Shown: positions 9,441 to 18,149, counted from the stretch's first letter. The stretch is 25,802 nt of DNA from a virus (IMGVR_UViG_3300001460_000174:1-25802); one strand, 5' to 3'. Made by a program: numbers and translations. The notes: generated by a model not told the origin, from the letters alone.

Positions 9441-10347
9441 AAATTTAATAGTAATTTTATGTTATTGTGATACACAAGAAAAATTAGATATATTACAAAG
9501 TACTATTTCTATTTTAAAAAATAACTTTAATATCCTAATTTCATCCCATTCACCACTCCCAACCTCAATCCAGTCTCAAATTGATTATTTTGTATATGAT
9601 CAAAGTAACCCAATTTTACGTTTTCCAGAAAGAGGAATGAAATTTTGGAAAACAGTAGGGGGCCAAATAAAAATTTCTCATATTAAAGAAGATTATGGTT
9701 GGACAGTTTTTAATTTAATTAAAAATGCTATTTCACTAAATAATAATTTAGATTATCCATTTTGTTCTTTTATTAATTATGATACTAAAATTACTAACGA
9801 AATATTAGAATTACTTAATGATCCCAAAGATTTTATTTGTAGTAATTATATAGACCCAGCAACTAACCAACCTTTATTTCCTGGGTTATTATTAAATATT
9901 TTAAGTAAAGATAATATTATCAAAGTTGATTCTTTACTTAGTAAGTCAGATTATGTAAAACAAATTCCTAATACCCAAACTTCAATGTATAATGATGCTG
10001 AAAGTTATTGGGAAAGTATTTTAGAAAATTTTAAATATAAAAAAACAGAAGTAAAAGTAAAGGGTACTTTAGAATGTGGGTCTCCTGATGTTTTAAATTA
10101 TAATAAATATAATACAAATTTTAAATTATTTTTTTCAGTTAGTAATAAACAATTATTAATTTATGATAATTTTAATAATCTTAATATTAAAATCAATGTA
10201 AATGGAGAAAATATAATATTAAAACAAATTAATGAAGTAATAAATTTGCCTGATATAAAATATTTAGGTATATTTATTGATTCAAAGTTAGTAGATATTA
10301 CTAATATTTATACTAAAGACAAATTAAACAAAATAGAAAATTTATAA
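9430..10347 (+). CDS. Hypothetical protein, possibly glycosyltransferase-like
   Basis: Overlaps the preceding gene. ILISSHSP...DYFVYD..N and INYD motifs suggest a GT-A-like fold. Very AT-rich. Confidence 0.5.
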   Translation: MKNKNLIVILCYCDTQEKLDILQSTISILKNNFNILISSHSPLPTSIQSQIDYFVYDQSNPILRFPERGMKFWKTVGGQIKISHIKEDYGWTVFNLIKNAISLNNNLDYPFCSFINYDTKITNEILELLNDPKDFICSNYIDPATNQPLFPGLLLNILSKDNIIKVDSLLSKSDYVKQIPNTQTSMYNDAESYWESILENFKYKKTEVKVKGTLECGSPDVLNYNKYNTNFKLFFSVSNKQLLIYDNFNNLNIKINVNGENIILKQINEVINLPDIKYLGIFIDSKLVDITNIYTKDKLNKIENL

Positions 10348-10348
10348 T

Positions 10349-11068
10349 ATGAAAGTATTAATTTTAGGCCATAAAGGAATGTTAGGACATATGGTTGCAG
10401 CATTTTTAGATTCAAAAGGATTTAAAATAGCTTATACTGATAAAAAATTTCCATCAATAGAATTTAAGAATGCGGTATGTAATTTTGATGGTGAATTTAT
10501 TATTAATTGTGCCGGAGCTATATCTCAAAAAACAGATAAGTTTGAAATAAATTGGGAATTACCCCAATGGTTAGAAGAACAAACAAAATTTAAAATTATA
10601 TACCCAGGAACTGATTGTGATGACGATAATGATGAATATGGCTTATCTAAAAAACAAGCATCAGAATGGATAAAAGAAAATGGAAAAAGAACTAAAATTA
10701 TAAAAACTAATGTTTTTGGTCCTGAATGGGATTCATCAGCAAGTTTAATGAGTTGGTTTCTTTCACAAGAGAATGAAATAAATGGTTATACTAATTATTT
10801 ATCCAATGGTAATACTACATTAACTTGGGCTCAATATTGTTTATATCTTATGTTTAATTGGGATAGTCATAACACAGAAACTATTTTACATAGTGAATGT
10901 ATATCAAAGTATGATTTACTTTTATTATTAAAAGAAATATATCAAAAAGAAATTAAAATAAACCCCGTAGATAAACCAAAAAAAGATAAATGCTTAGTTG
11001 GTGGGGTACAAACTTTACCATTAAAAACACAAATATTGGCATTAAAAGAATTCTGTCAATATTTATAA
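10349..11068 (+). CDS. NAD(P)-dependent sugar-nucleotide reductase/epimerase (RmlD-like SDR)
   Basis: KVLILGHKGMLG (GxxGxxG), IINCAG, GTDC, YGLSK (YxxxK), ISKYDLL. Confidence 0.8.
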   Translation: MKVLILGHKGMLGHMVAAFLDSKGFKIAYTDKKFPSIEFKNAVCNFDGEFIINCAGAISQKTDKFEINWELPQWLEEQTKFKIIYPGTDCDDDNDEYGLSKKQASEWIKENGKRTKIIKTNVFGPEWDSSASLMSWFLSQENEINGYTNYLSNGNTTLTWAQYCLYLMFNWDSHNTETILHSECISKYDLLLLLKEIYQKEIKINPVDKPKKDKCLVGGVQTLPLKTQILALKEFCQYL

Positions 11069-11073
11069 TAAAT
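11059..11073 (+). promoter_or_regulatory. Putative late promoter ATATTTATAATAAAT
   Basis: Overlaps the cassette's last stop codon and marks the return to structural genes. Confidence 0.65.
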
Positions 11074-11081
11074 AAAAACAC

Positions 11082-11333
11082 ATGAGTACAACAAAGTTAT
11101 CAAAAGAAGAGTTACAAAAACTAAAAGATTTACAAAGACAAGAAAATGAAATAACCTTTAGTTTAGGTGATATAGAAAAAAGAAAATACTTTTTATCTAA
11201 ACGAAAAGAAAACCTTGAAAGCAATTATGTATCTCTTCTTCAAGAACAAGAAACATTAGGTAAGGAATTACAAGAAAAATACGGAGAAGGTAATATTGAT
11301 CTAGAAAAGGGAGAATTCGTTAGTTCAGAATAG
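11082..11333 (+). CDS. Small coiled-coil protein upstream of the sheath
   Basis: 83 aa, E/K/L/Q-rich heptads, ending ELQEKYGEGNIDLEKGEF. Confidence 0.6.
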   Translation: MSTTKLSKEELQKLKDLQRQENEITFSLGDIEKRKYFLSKRKENLESNYVSLLQEQETLGKELQEKYGEGNIDLEKGEFVSSE

Positions 11334-11352
11334 TTCTTTGAAAAAATCTTTA

Positions 11353-11367
11353 ATATGTATAATAAAA
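11353..11367 (+). promoter_or_regulatory. Putative late promoter variant ATATGTATAATAAAA
   Basis: One mismatch to the motif, upstream of the sheath ATG at 11392. Confidence 0.6.
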
Positions 11368-11391
11368 CAATATTAAAAATAACATATAAAG

Positions 11392-13758
11392 ATGGCAGAA
11401 ACATTATTATCTCCAGGTGTATTAGCTAGAGAAAACGACCAATCATTTATTACTCAACAGCCCGCAGAAGTAGGTGCCGCTATTATCGGACCAGCTGCAA
11501 TAGGTCCTGTTGAAGTTCCAACATTAGTTACTTCTTTTAGCCAATATTCAGCAATTTTTGGTACTACTGTACAAAGTGGTTCAATTGCTTATTCATATTT
11601 AACTGCATTAGCTGCAAATAATTATTTTCAAAGTGGTGGGAATAGCTTATTAGTTACTAGAGTAGTACCCGAAACATTCTCTTCTGCTACAAGTTCATTT
11701 GTAGACTCAGTAGATGGTGAACCTTTATTAACGGGTGATACAAACGCAGCAGCATTATTTGCTAATGGGGTATCTGCAGGATCAGCTTTTACAGGATCAG
11801 CAGAAACTGTAACTTATACAGCAGCTACTTATTCTGCAACAGGAGGAGGTTCTGGAGCAGTATTTAATTTAGTAACAGATAATGGAGCAGAAGCTGCAGT
11901 AACAGCATCTTCAGCAGGAACAGGATATAAAGTAGGAGATGTAATTACATTTTCTTCAAACGATAACGGTGGTTCGCCATTAATTTCAACTACAATTTTT
12001 GATGCTGTTTCAACAAACACATTTAATACAAATACAGGTGATGATTCATTAGATGGAACTTATACCTTTACTAGTGGTAGCACTGCTGCTACAGATTTAA
12101 TAGTAGGTGGTGGAGGAACTGCAACAGGAGTATCTGTTGACGTAACTATTTTAAATGGAGTAATTACTAATGTAGTCCCAAGTTCTGTCGGAGAAGGATC
12201 AATAGTAGATACAACATTATCTTTATCACTTGATGCTATTAATGCTCAAACTGGAGACGCAGGCGGAACAGGTGTCCTTGTTTTAACACTTACAGCAGAT
12301 GAATTAAGTGCAGGAACTTTTACAATAACTTTAGACACAGATAATCTAGAAGCATCAGCCCCATCATTTGAGTTAGAAACAATTTCTGAAGGGGAAATAA
12401 TGAACACTGGAACAAGCCAATTATCAAACGGAGCTTTAGTATCAGGTTCAACACAAAATGTACGTTGGTCAGTAGCTAGTGTAAATACAGGATCTGGAAC
12501 ATTTAGTTTACTAATTAGAAGAGGAAATGATAATACTAATCAACAAGTAGTATTAGAACAATATTTAGATGTATCACTAGATCCATATCAACCAAACTAT
12601 ATTGGAGCACAAATTGGTGATATTAAGAAAAATTTAGTAAATGATGGAGCAGATTATTATATCCAAGAATCAGGTTCATATGCTAACTTATCAAGCTATG
12701 TAAGAGTTAAATCAGTAAGAAAAACTCCAAATTATTTTGATAATAATGGAGCAGCAAAAGATAACTTTACAGGTAGCCTACCAGCTGTATCATCAGGTTC
12801 ATTTGGAGGTGCTGTAGGTAGAAATATTACAACAGCAGCTTCTTCAAGATTAGCTAATTTTTACGGAGATATAGGTAATGGTGCTGCATTTGATACACAA
12901 GGATTAACTGGTAGTAATTATGATAACGCAATTGCCTTATTAGGAAATGTAGATGAATACCAATATAATGTTATTAGTGCTCCTGGATTAATTAACGCAG
13001 TACACGCAACTCAAACAACAGCTTTAGTTAATAATTCATTAAATAGAGGTGATAATGTTGCAGTAGTAGACCTAGTAAAATATGGAAGTTCAGTAGCTTC
13101 AGTAACACAAGCAGCTTCTTCATTTGATAATAGTTATGCTGCTACATATTGGCCATGGGTTCAAATGATTGATCCACAAACTGGAGAATTAGTATTTGTA
13201 CCAGCTTCAACAGTAATCCCAGGAGTATATGTCTTTACAGATGCTTCAAGTGAACCATGGTTTGCACCAGCTGGATTAACTAGAGGAGCTTTAGGACAAG
13301 TAGTTAGAGCTGAAAGAAGATTAACAGCAAATAATAGAGATACTTTATATGAAGCAAATGTTAATCCATTAGCTACATTCCCACAAAGTGGAGTAGTTGT
13401 ATTTGGACAAAAAACACTACAGAAAAGAGCTAGTGCTTTAGATAGAGTAAATGTACGTAGATTATTAATTGCTCTTAAAGGATTTATTTCTGGAGTAGCT
13501 GATAATCTAGTATTTGAACAAAATACAATCGCTACAAGAAATAATTTCTTAAGTGTTGTTAATCCATATTTAGAAGGAGTACAACAAAGACAAGGATTGT
13601 ATGCATTTAAAGTAGTAATGGATGATACTAATAATACACCAACTGTAATAGATAGAAACGAATTAGTAGGACAAATTTTCTTACAACCAACTAAAACAGC
13701 TGAATTTGTAATATTAGATTTCAATGTATTACCAACTGGAGCAACATTTCCAGCATAA
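11392..13758 (+). CDS. Contractile tail sheath protein (T4 gp18-like)
   Basis: LSPGVLAREND at the N-terminus, then YWPWVQ, PWFAPAGLTRG, RDTLYEANVNP, GQKTLQ..SALDRVNVRRLL, FEQNT, NNTP.VID and AEFVILDF. Confidence 0.95.
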   Translation: MAETLLSPGVLARENDQSFITQQPAEVGAAIIGPAAIGPVEVPTLVTSFSQYSAIFGTTVQSGSIAYSYLTALAANNYFQSGGNSLLVTRVVPETFSSATSSFVDSVDGEPLLTGDTNAAALFANGVSAGSAFTGSAETVTYTAATYSATGGGSGAVFNLVTDNGAEAAVTASSAGTGYKVGDVITFSSNDNGGSPLISTTIFDAVSTNTFNTNTGDDSLDGTYTFTSGSTAATDLIVGGGGTATGVSVDVTILNGVITNVVPSSVGEGSIVDTTLSLSLDAINAQTGDAGGTGVLVLTLTADELSAGTFTITLDTDNLEASAPSFELETISEGEIMNTGTSQLSNGALVSGSTQNVRWSVASVNTGSGTFSLLIRRGNDNTNQQVVLEQYLDVSLDPYQPNYIGAQIGDIKKNLVNDGADYYIQESGSYANLSSYVRVKSVRKTPNYFDNNGAAKDNFTGSLPAVSSGSFGGAVGRNITTAASSRLANFYGDIGNGAAFDTQGLTGSNYDNAIALLGNVDEYQYNVISAPGLINAVHATQTTALVNNSLNRGDNVAVVDLVKYGSSVASVTQAASSFDNSYAATYWPWVQMIDPQTGELVFVPASTVIPGVYVFTDASSEPWFAPAGLTRGALGQVVRAERRLTANNRDTLYEANVNPLATFPQSGVVVFGQKTLQKRASALDRVNVRRLLIALKGFISGVADNLVFEQNTIATRNNFLSVVNPYLEGVQQRQGLYAFKVVMDDTNNTPTVIDRNELVGQIFLQPTKTAEFVILDFNVLPTGATFPA

Positions 13759-13773
13759 AAATTAAAAAGATAA

Positions 13774-13788
13774 ATATTTATAATAAAA
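13774..13788 (+). promoter_or_regulatory. Putative late promoter ATATTTATAATAAAA
   Basis: Exact motif in the sheath-tube intergenic gap. Confidence 0.7.
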
Positions 13789-13800
13789 TAAAACAATAAA

Positions 13801-14289
13801 ATGGCAGTATTAGATCCGAACGAAATATTTTTCACAGCTTTTGAGCCAAAACAGCAGAATAGATTTATTCTTTATGTAGATGGTATTCCTGCTTATGTGG
13901 TAAAAGGAGTTGGAGCTGTAACCTTAACTCAAGGTACAGTTGAATTAAATCATATTAACGTATCAAGATATGTAAAAGGAAAATCCGTTTGGGATCCAAT
14001 TTCTTTAACATTATTTGATCCAATTACTCCATCGGGTGCTCAAGCTGTTATGGAATGGGTACGTTTGCATCATGAATCAGTAACTGGTCGTGATGGGTAT
14101 AGTGACTTCTATAAGAAAGATCTTACTTTTAATGTACTTGGTCCTGTAGGAGATATAGTATCAGAATGGATTATTAAAGGTGCATTTATTACAAATGCTG
14201 GATTTGGAGAATATAATTGGGATTCTGTAGATACTGCTCAAAATATTGAAATAACGGTACAACCAGATTATTGTATCTTAAATTTCTAA
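13801..14289 (+). CDS. Tail tube protein (T4 gp19-like)
   Basis: 162 aa, directly after the sheath. Motifs FEPKQQNRF, GKSVWDPISLTLFD, MEW, YKKD and W.IKGAF. Confidence 0.9.
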   Translation: MAVLDPNEIFFTAFEPKQQNRFILYVDGIPAYVVKGVGAVTLTQGTVELNHINVSRYVKGKSVWDPISLTLFDPITPSGAQAVMEWVRLHHESVTGRDGYSDFYKKDLTFNVLGPVGDIVSEWIIKGAFITNAGFGEYNWDSVDTAQNIEITVQPDYCILNF

Positions 14290-14318
14290 AAATTTTACCC
14301 ACCCCTGATTGAAAAATT

Positions 14319-14344
14319 GCTTGGCTTAGGCCAAGCTTTTTTTT
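14319..14344 (+). terminator. Rho-independent terminator after the tail tube gene
   Basis: GCTTGGC-TTAG-GCCAAGC perfect stem followed by 8 T. Confidence 0.85.
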
Positions 14345-14355
14345 ATCTTAATTAT

Positions 14356-15024
14356 ATGGTGCAAGACTATCCTAATTTTTTATCTTTAGAAGAAATAAAA
14401 ATTATCAAAAATAGTATTTATGAACTAAAAGAATATTGGAAACATATTTCCCAATATGAAAATAGTCATGCCCAAATATATAAAGGTACCCCAGCAGAAG
14501 AAGCTATTATGGAACAGTGCAAAGCCGAATATACTTTAGGTGATGCTATATATAAATTAGAAGGAAAAAAAGAAAACATAGATATAGGAGTTCAATTATT
14601 ATTAGTTGAAAAATTTTATTGGTTATATAAAAAGTTAATTAATAAAATAGAATTAATAACTTCCATACCTACGGAATTAGAAGACGAATTAACGGTTCCA
14701 GGATTTCATGTATTTACAGGTTCTTCACAACCTTTAAAAACATATGATTATCATTTAGATCTTAATATTTTAGATTTTTACCCCAAATTAGATGTAGATC
14801 AAATTTATTCATTTGTATCTTTAATTGAATCTAATGGTACTATACCTTATTTAGATTATAAAACTGGTACTAAAAATTATGAATTTGGCACTTTGCATAT
14901 TTGGAAAGGAGATATACCCCACAGAATAGGACAATTAGAGTTAAAACAAAATGATTCTAGAATTACATTTCAGGGTCATTATTATTATAATCCTGTTACA
15001 AATTCTAATAAATTATTTTTCTAA
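14356..15024 (+). CDS. 2OG-Fe(II) oxygenase-like protein (start revised from the TTG at 14317 to the ATG at 14356)
   Basis: PGFHVF, YHLD (HxD), IPHRIG (distal His), RITFQGH (2OG-binding Arg). The longer start lies within the terminator hairpin. Confidence 0.75.
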   Translation: MVQDYPNFLSLEEIKIIKNSIYELKEYWKHISQYENSHAQIYKGTPAEEAIMEQCKAEYTLGDAIYKLEGKKENIDIGVQLLLVEKFYWLYKKLINKIELITSIPTELEDELTVPGFHVFTGSSQPLKTYDYHLDLNILDFYPKLDVDQIYSFVSLIESNGTIPYLDYKTGTKNYEFGTLHIWKGDIPHRIGQLELKQNDSRITFQGHYYYNPVTNSNKLFF

Positions 15025-15100
15025 ATTACGTGGAGACGGTAAAAAAACTAATTATATTGATATTTATCAATGTACAAAACGTTATTAATAAATAAAGATT

Positions 15101-15835
15101 ATGGCCGAATTTAAATTAGCTACAGAAGTTGTAGATTTACCCTCAAAAGGATATTTATACTCTAAAGATTCTCCTTTAGCAGAAGGAAAAATTGAAATTA
15201 AATATATGACTGCTAAAGAAGAAGATATTCTTACTAATTCTTCTTATATCCAAAAAGGAACTGTATTAGATAAACTATTTCAATCATTAATTGTTTCCAA
15301 AATAAATTATAATGATTTATTAATAGGAGATAAAAATGCAATTATGATAGCAGCTCGTATTTTAGGGTATGGTAAAGATTATAATTTTTCATATCAAGGA
15401 GTAGAAGAAACAGTTGATTTAACAGATATAAATAATATTGAAATTAATGAAGAATTATTTAAATCAGGTAAAAATGAATTTAGTTATACATTCCCTCATT
15501 CAGGTAATGAAATTACATTTAAATTATTAACTCATGGAGATGAAATGAAAATCCAACGTGAGTTAGAGGGTTTAAAGAAAATAAATAAAAATGAAGATCC
15601 TACTCTTACTACAAGACTAAAACATATGCTTTTATCCGTAGAAGGGAAAACGGATAAAAAAGATATTCGAGAGTTTGTAGATAAATACTTACTGGCGCGA
15701 GATGCTCGTGCCTTAAGAGAATATATTAAATCAATGTCTCCAGATGTAGATTTAACTTTTTTTCCCACTGGTAGCGAAACAACAAAATCAATTCCAATTG
15801 GGGTTAGATTTTTTTGGCCTGAATTTGGAAAATAG
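15101..15835 (+). CDS. Baseplate hub / tail assembly chaperone, T4 gp26-like
   Basis: VDLPSKG, YMTAKEEDIL, DLLIGDKNAIMIAARILGYG. Lies between the tube and tape measure genes and ends FFWP. Confidence 0.75.
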   Translation: MAEFKLATEVVDLPSKGYLYSKDSPLAEGKIEIKYMTAKEEDILTNSSYIQKGTVLDKLFQSLIVSKINYNDLLIGDKNAIMIAARILGYGKDYNFSYQGVEETVDLTDINNIEINEELFKSGKNEFSYTFPHSGNEITFKLLTHGDEMKIQRELEGLKKINKNEDPTLTTRLKHMLLSVEGKTDKKDIREFVDKYLLARDARALREYIKSMSPDVDLTFFPTGSETTKSIPIGVRFFWPEFGK

Positions 15836-16091
15836 CCAGGTATACAGAAAAAATTTATTTACCCAAATACACAACATAGTCTTTCATGGAAATGGAGGCT
15901 ATGATTGGTTTACGATATACAATATGCCTATTTGGCTTCGTAAATTTACTTTCCATGAAATAGACCAATATAATAAAGATCAAAATAAAAAACAGGAGGC
16001 TGCAATGAAAGGAAAAGGTAAAAAATCTATGGTAGATTCATCAGGTCAAGTAAAACGTCCTACATTTAAAAACAAGTCTAGTTATAAGTAA
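15810..16091 (+). CDS. gp51-like chaperone segment, probably reached by +1 frameshift from the upstream ORF
   Basis: YRKNLFTQIH..VFHG.GGYDW.TIYNMPIWLR resembles the gp51-family 'ENM.PWER' region. There is no ATG before this conserved block, and the ORF overlaps the upstream one at a 7-T run. Confidence 0.65.
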   Translation, partial: FFGLNLENSQVYRKNLFTQIHNIVFHGNGGYDWFTIYNMPIWLRKFTFHEIDQYNKDQNKKQEAAMKGKGKKSMVDSSGQVKRPTFKNKSSYK

Positions 16092-16105
16092 AATTATTCT
16101 TTTTA

Positions 16106-16120
16106 ATATTTATAACAAAA
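16106..16120 (+). promoter_or_regulatory. Putative late promoter ATATTTATAACAAAA
   Basis: Exact motif upstream of the tape measure ATG at 16128. Confidence 0.7.
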
Positions 16121-16127
16121 TACCCTT

Positions 16128-18122
16128 ATGGCATTAGGAGACGATATTAAAAAAGGTAAAGTAGAAGCACAAGAGTTTAGACAAATCATAATGGATTTAG
16201 ACTCTACGCTTAAGTCTTTAGCCGTTACTTTCTCACAAGGGATTACCCAACAAACAGCAAAAGCAACAGAAGAAGCTAAAAAATTAGCAGCTAGCTATTC
16301 TAATGACTTAACAAAAGGTATAACTGCATCTGAAAAAGCACTACAAGATATTGAAGATATTCAAGAAAAGTTAAACCAAGGCCAAAAACTTAGTATATCT
16401 GATAGAAATAAAATTAATAAGGCTGAAAGAGATCAATTAGTAACTTTACGAAAAATTGAACAAGCTAAACAAGAAGGAATTAAATTAGATGCTGAAGATT
16501 TAGTTGCCCTAGAAGAAAATTTTAAAAAACAAAACAAAATAAGAGGAGCTATAGAAGCTAGGGCTGAGGCACAAGAAAAATCTTTAGGGGCTGTTGGAAA
16601 AATTTCGGGTGCAGTTACTGGTTTATTGGATAAACTAGGAATGGGTAGTTTAAATAAGTTTTTTAATTTAGACAAAGCAAACGCCGAATCTAAAAAAACA
16701 TTAGAAAATCTAGGTGATAGTGCAACAGCTGGTCAAAAAATAGGTACTGTTTCTAAAAATATTTTCAAAAATTTAGATAAAGGTGCATTAGCTGCTGGAG
16801 CTTTATTTAAATTAGCAGGTGCTTTATTTGATCAATTTAAAAAAGCAGATCAATCTACAACTGATATTGCTCGTGGCCTTAGTATGTCTAAAAAAGAAGC
16901 TAAGGAATTTAAAAAAGAAATGAAAGAAACCAGTGGATCATTTTTATCCACTGCAGTCTCAATAAAAGAACAGAAAAAAGCCTTAATGGCTTTAAATAAA
17001 GAGTTAGGAGGCACAGCAATTGCTTTTGATAAAGGTATTTTAGAAGGAGCAGCTGAATCACTAAACAGACTTCATCTATCAGAAGAGGCAATAGGTAACA
17101 TGGCTAAACAAGCTATGAGAACTGGTAAAACCTTCAAGCAATTAGAAAAAGAACAGGCAGCGGGGGTATTAGCAGCAGAAAAAGAATTTGGTATTAGGTT
17201 AAAATTATCTGATGTATTAGATGAAGCTAATAAAATGTCGGCTTTAACAAGAATAAATTTAGATAAGTTTCCTGGTGGTTTAGCAAAATCTGTAGCTTTA
17301 TCTAAACAGTTGGGGGCAAACATGGATGATATAAATGGAGCAGCTAACCAATTATTGGACTTTGAATCATCCATCAGAGCTGAAATGGCAGCTGAAGCAT
17401 TGATTGGTAGAGATTTAAATTTAGAAAAAGCAAGATCATTAGCCCTAGACAATGATATGGCGGGACTAATGAAAGAATTAGTTGCGCAAGCTGGAAGTTT
17501 AGAAGAACTTCAGGGTATGAATAGAATCCAACAAGACAAATTTGCGGAGGCATTAGGGTTGTCAGGAGAAGCATTAGCTGAACAACTAGAAACAGGGGAA
17601 GCATTAGCAACACAAGCGAATGCAGAATTAGACAGAGATGCACAACAAGCATTAAATAATGAAAAAATGCTTTCATTACAAGAAAAACAAACATTAGCAA
17701 TGGAAAAATTTTCTGAAACAATACAAATGTTAGGCCCACTACTATTAGTAGCTGCAGCGGCAGCAGCAGCTGTAGCAATAGCAGCATCATTTGGTGTTGC
17801 AACTCCTGCAATTGTTGGGGGTATTTTAGCAACTGCGGCAGTAGTAGGTGGAATTACAGCTATGGTTCAAGATGGTGTAGCACCTCCGGGTTCGGGACCA
17901 TTTACTATTACAGATAAATTTGGTGCAACTACAATAACAGCAGCAGGTGATGGTTTAGCTGTTTCTCCAAATATAAACACAACAGGTGGAGCAGGTGGAA
18001 ATGCTGATATGAAAGAAACAAATGCTTTATTAAGTAGAATCTTAAATAAAGAAGGAACGGTTAAAATGAATAGTACCCAGGTAGGTACTGCATTTAGTGT
18101 AAATACACGACAAATACAATAA
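16128..18122 (+). CDS. Tape measure protein
   Basis: 664 aa, A/K/E/L/G-rich and helical, with a hydrophobic Ala-rich segment near the C-terminus. Follows the chaperone pair. Confidence 0.8.
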   Translation: MALGDDIKKGKVEAQEFRQIIMDLDSTLKSLAVTFSQGITQQTAKATEEAKKLAASYSNDLTKGITASEKALQDIEDIQEKLNQGQKLSISDRNKINKAERDQLVTLRKIEQAKQEGIKLDAEDLVALEENFKKQNKIRGAIEARAEAQEKSLGAVGKISGAVTGLLDKLGMGSLNKFFNLDKANAESKKTLENLGDSATAGQKIGTVSKNIFKNLDKGALAAGALFKLAGALFDQFKKADQSTTDIARGLSMSKKEAKEFKKEMKETSGSFLSTAVSIKEQKKALMALNKELGGTAIAFDKGILEGAAESLNRLHLSEEAIGNMAKQAMRTGKTFKQLEKEQAAGVLAAEKEFGIRLKLSDVLDEANKMSALTRINLDKFPGGLAKSVALSKQLGANMDDINGAANQLLDFESSIRAEMAAEALIGRDLNLEKARSLALDNDMAGLMKELVAQAGSLEELQGMNRIQQDKFAEALGLSGEALAEQLETGEALATQANAELDRDAQQALNNEKMLSLQEKQTLAMEKFSETIQMLGPLLLVAAAAAAAVAIAASFGVATPAIVGGILATAAVVGGITAMVQDGVAPPGSGPFTITDKFGATTITAAGDGLAVSPNINTTGGAGGNADMKETNALLSRILNKEGTVKMNSTQVGTAFSVNTRQIQ

Positions 18123-18126
18123 TTTA

Positions 18127-18141
18127 ATATTTATAATAAAA
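18127..18141 (+). promoter_or_regulatory. Putative late promoter ATATTTATAATAAAA
   Basis: Exact motif upstream of the ATG at 18150. Confidence 0.7.
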
Positions 18142-18149
18142 CAATAACT

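Noticed and set aside
13161-13835. 224-aa minus-strand ORF
   Set aside because: Antisense shadow of the conserved sheath C-terminus, with no recognisable motifs.
11392-14289. Bacterial extracellular contractile injection system or tailocin interpretation
   Set aside because: Neck genes, phoH, a polymerase gene and phage-type late promoters favour a true phage.
14317-14355. ORF-track TTG start of the oxygenase
   Set aside because: It runs through the terminator hairpin and T tract. The ATG at 14356 is more plausible.
17748-17790. GCA/GCT trinucleotide run as a repeat element
   Set aside because: It encodes the poly-Ala hydrophobic segment of the tape measure protein with mixed codons.
16433-17832. 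Four minus-strand ORFs inside the tape measure gene
   Set aside because: Antisense to a long Ala-rich gene. The Leu-rich translations simply mirror GCA/GCT/AAA codon bias.
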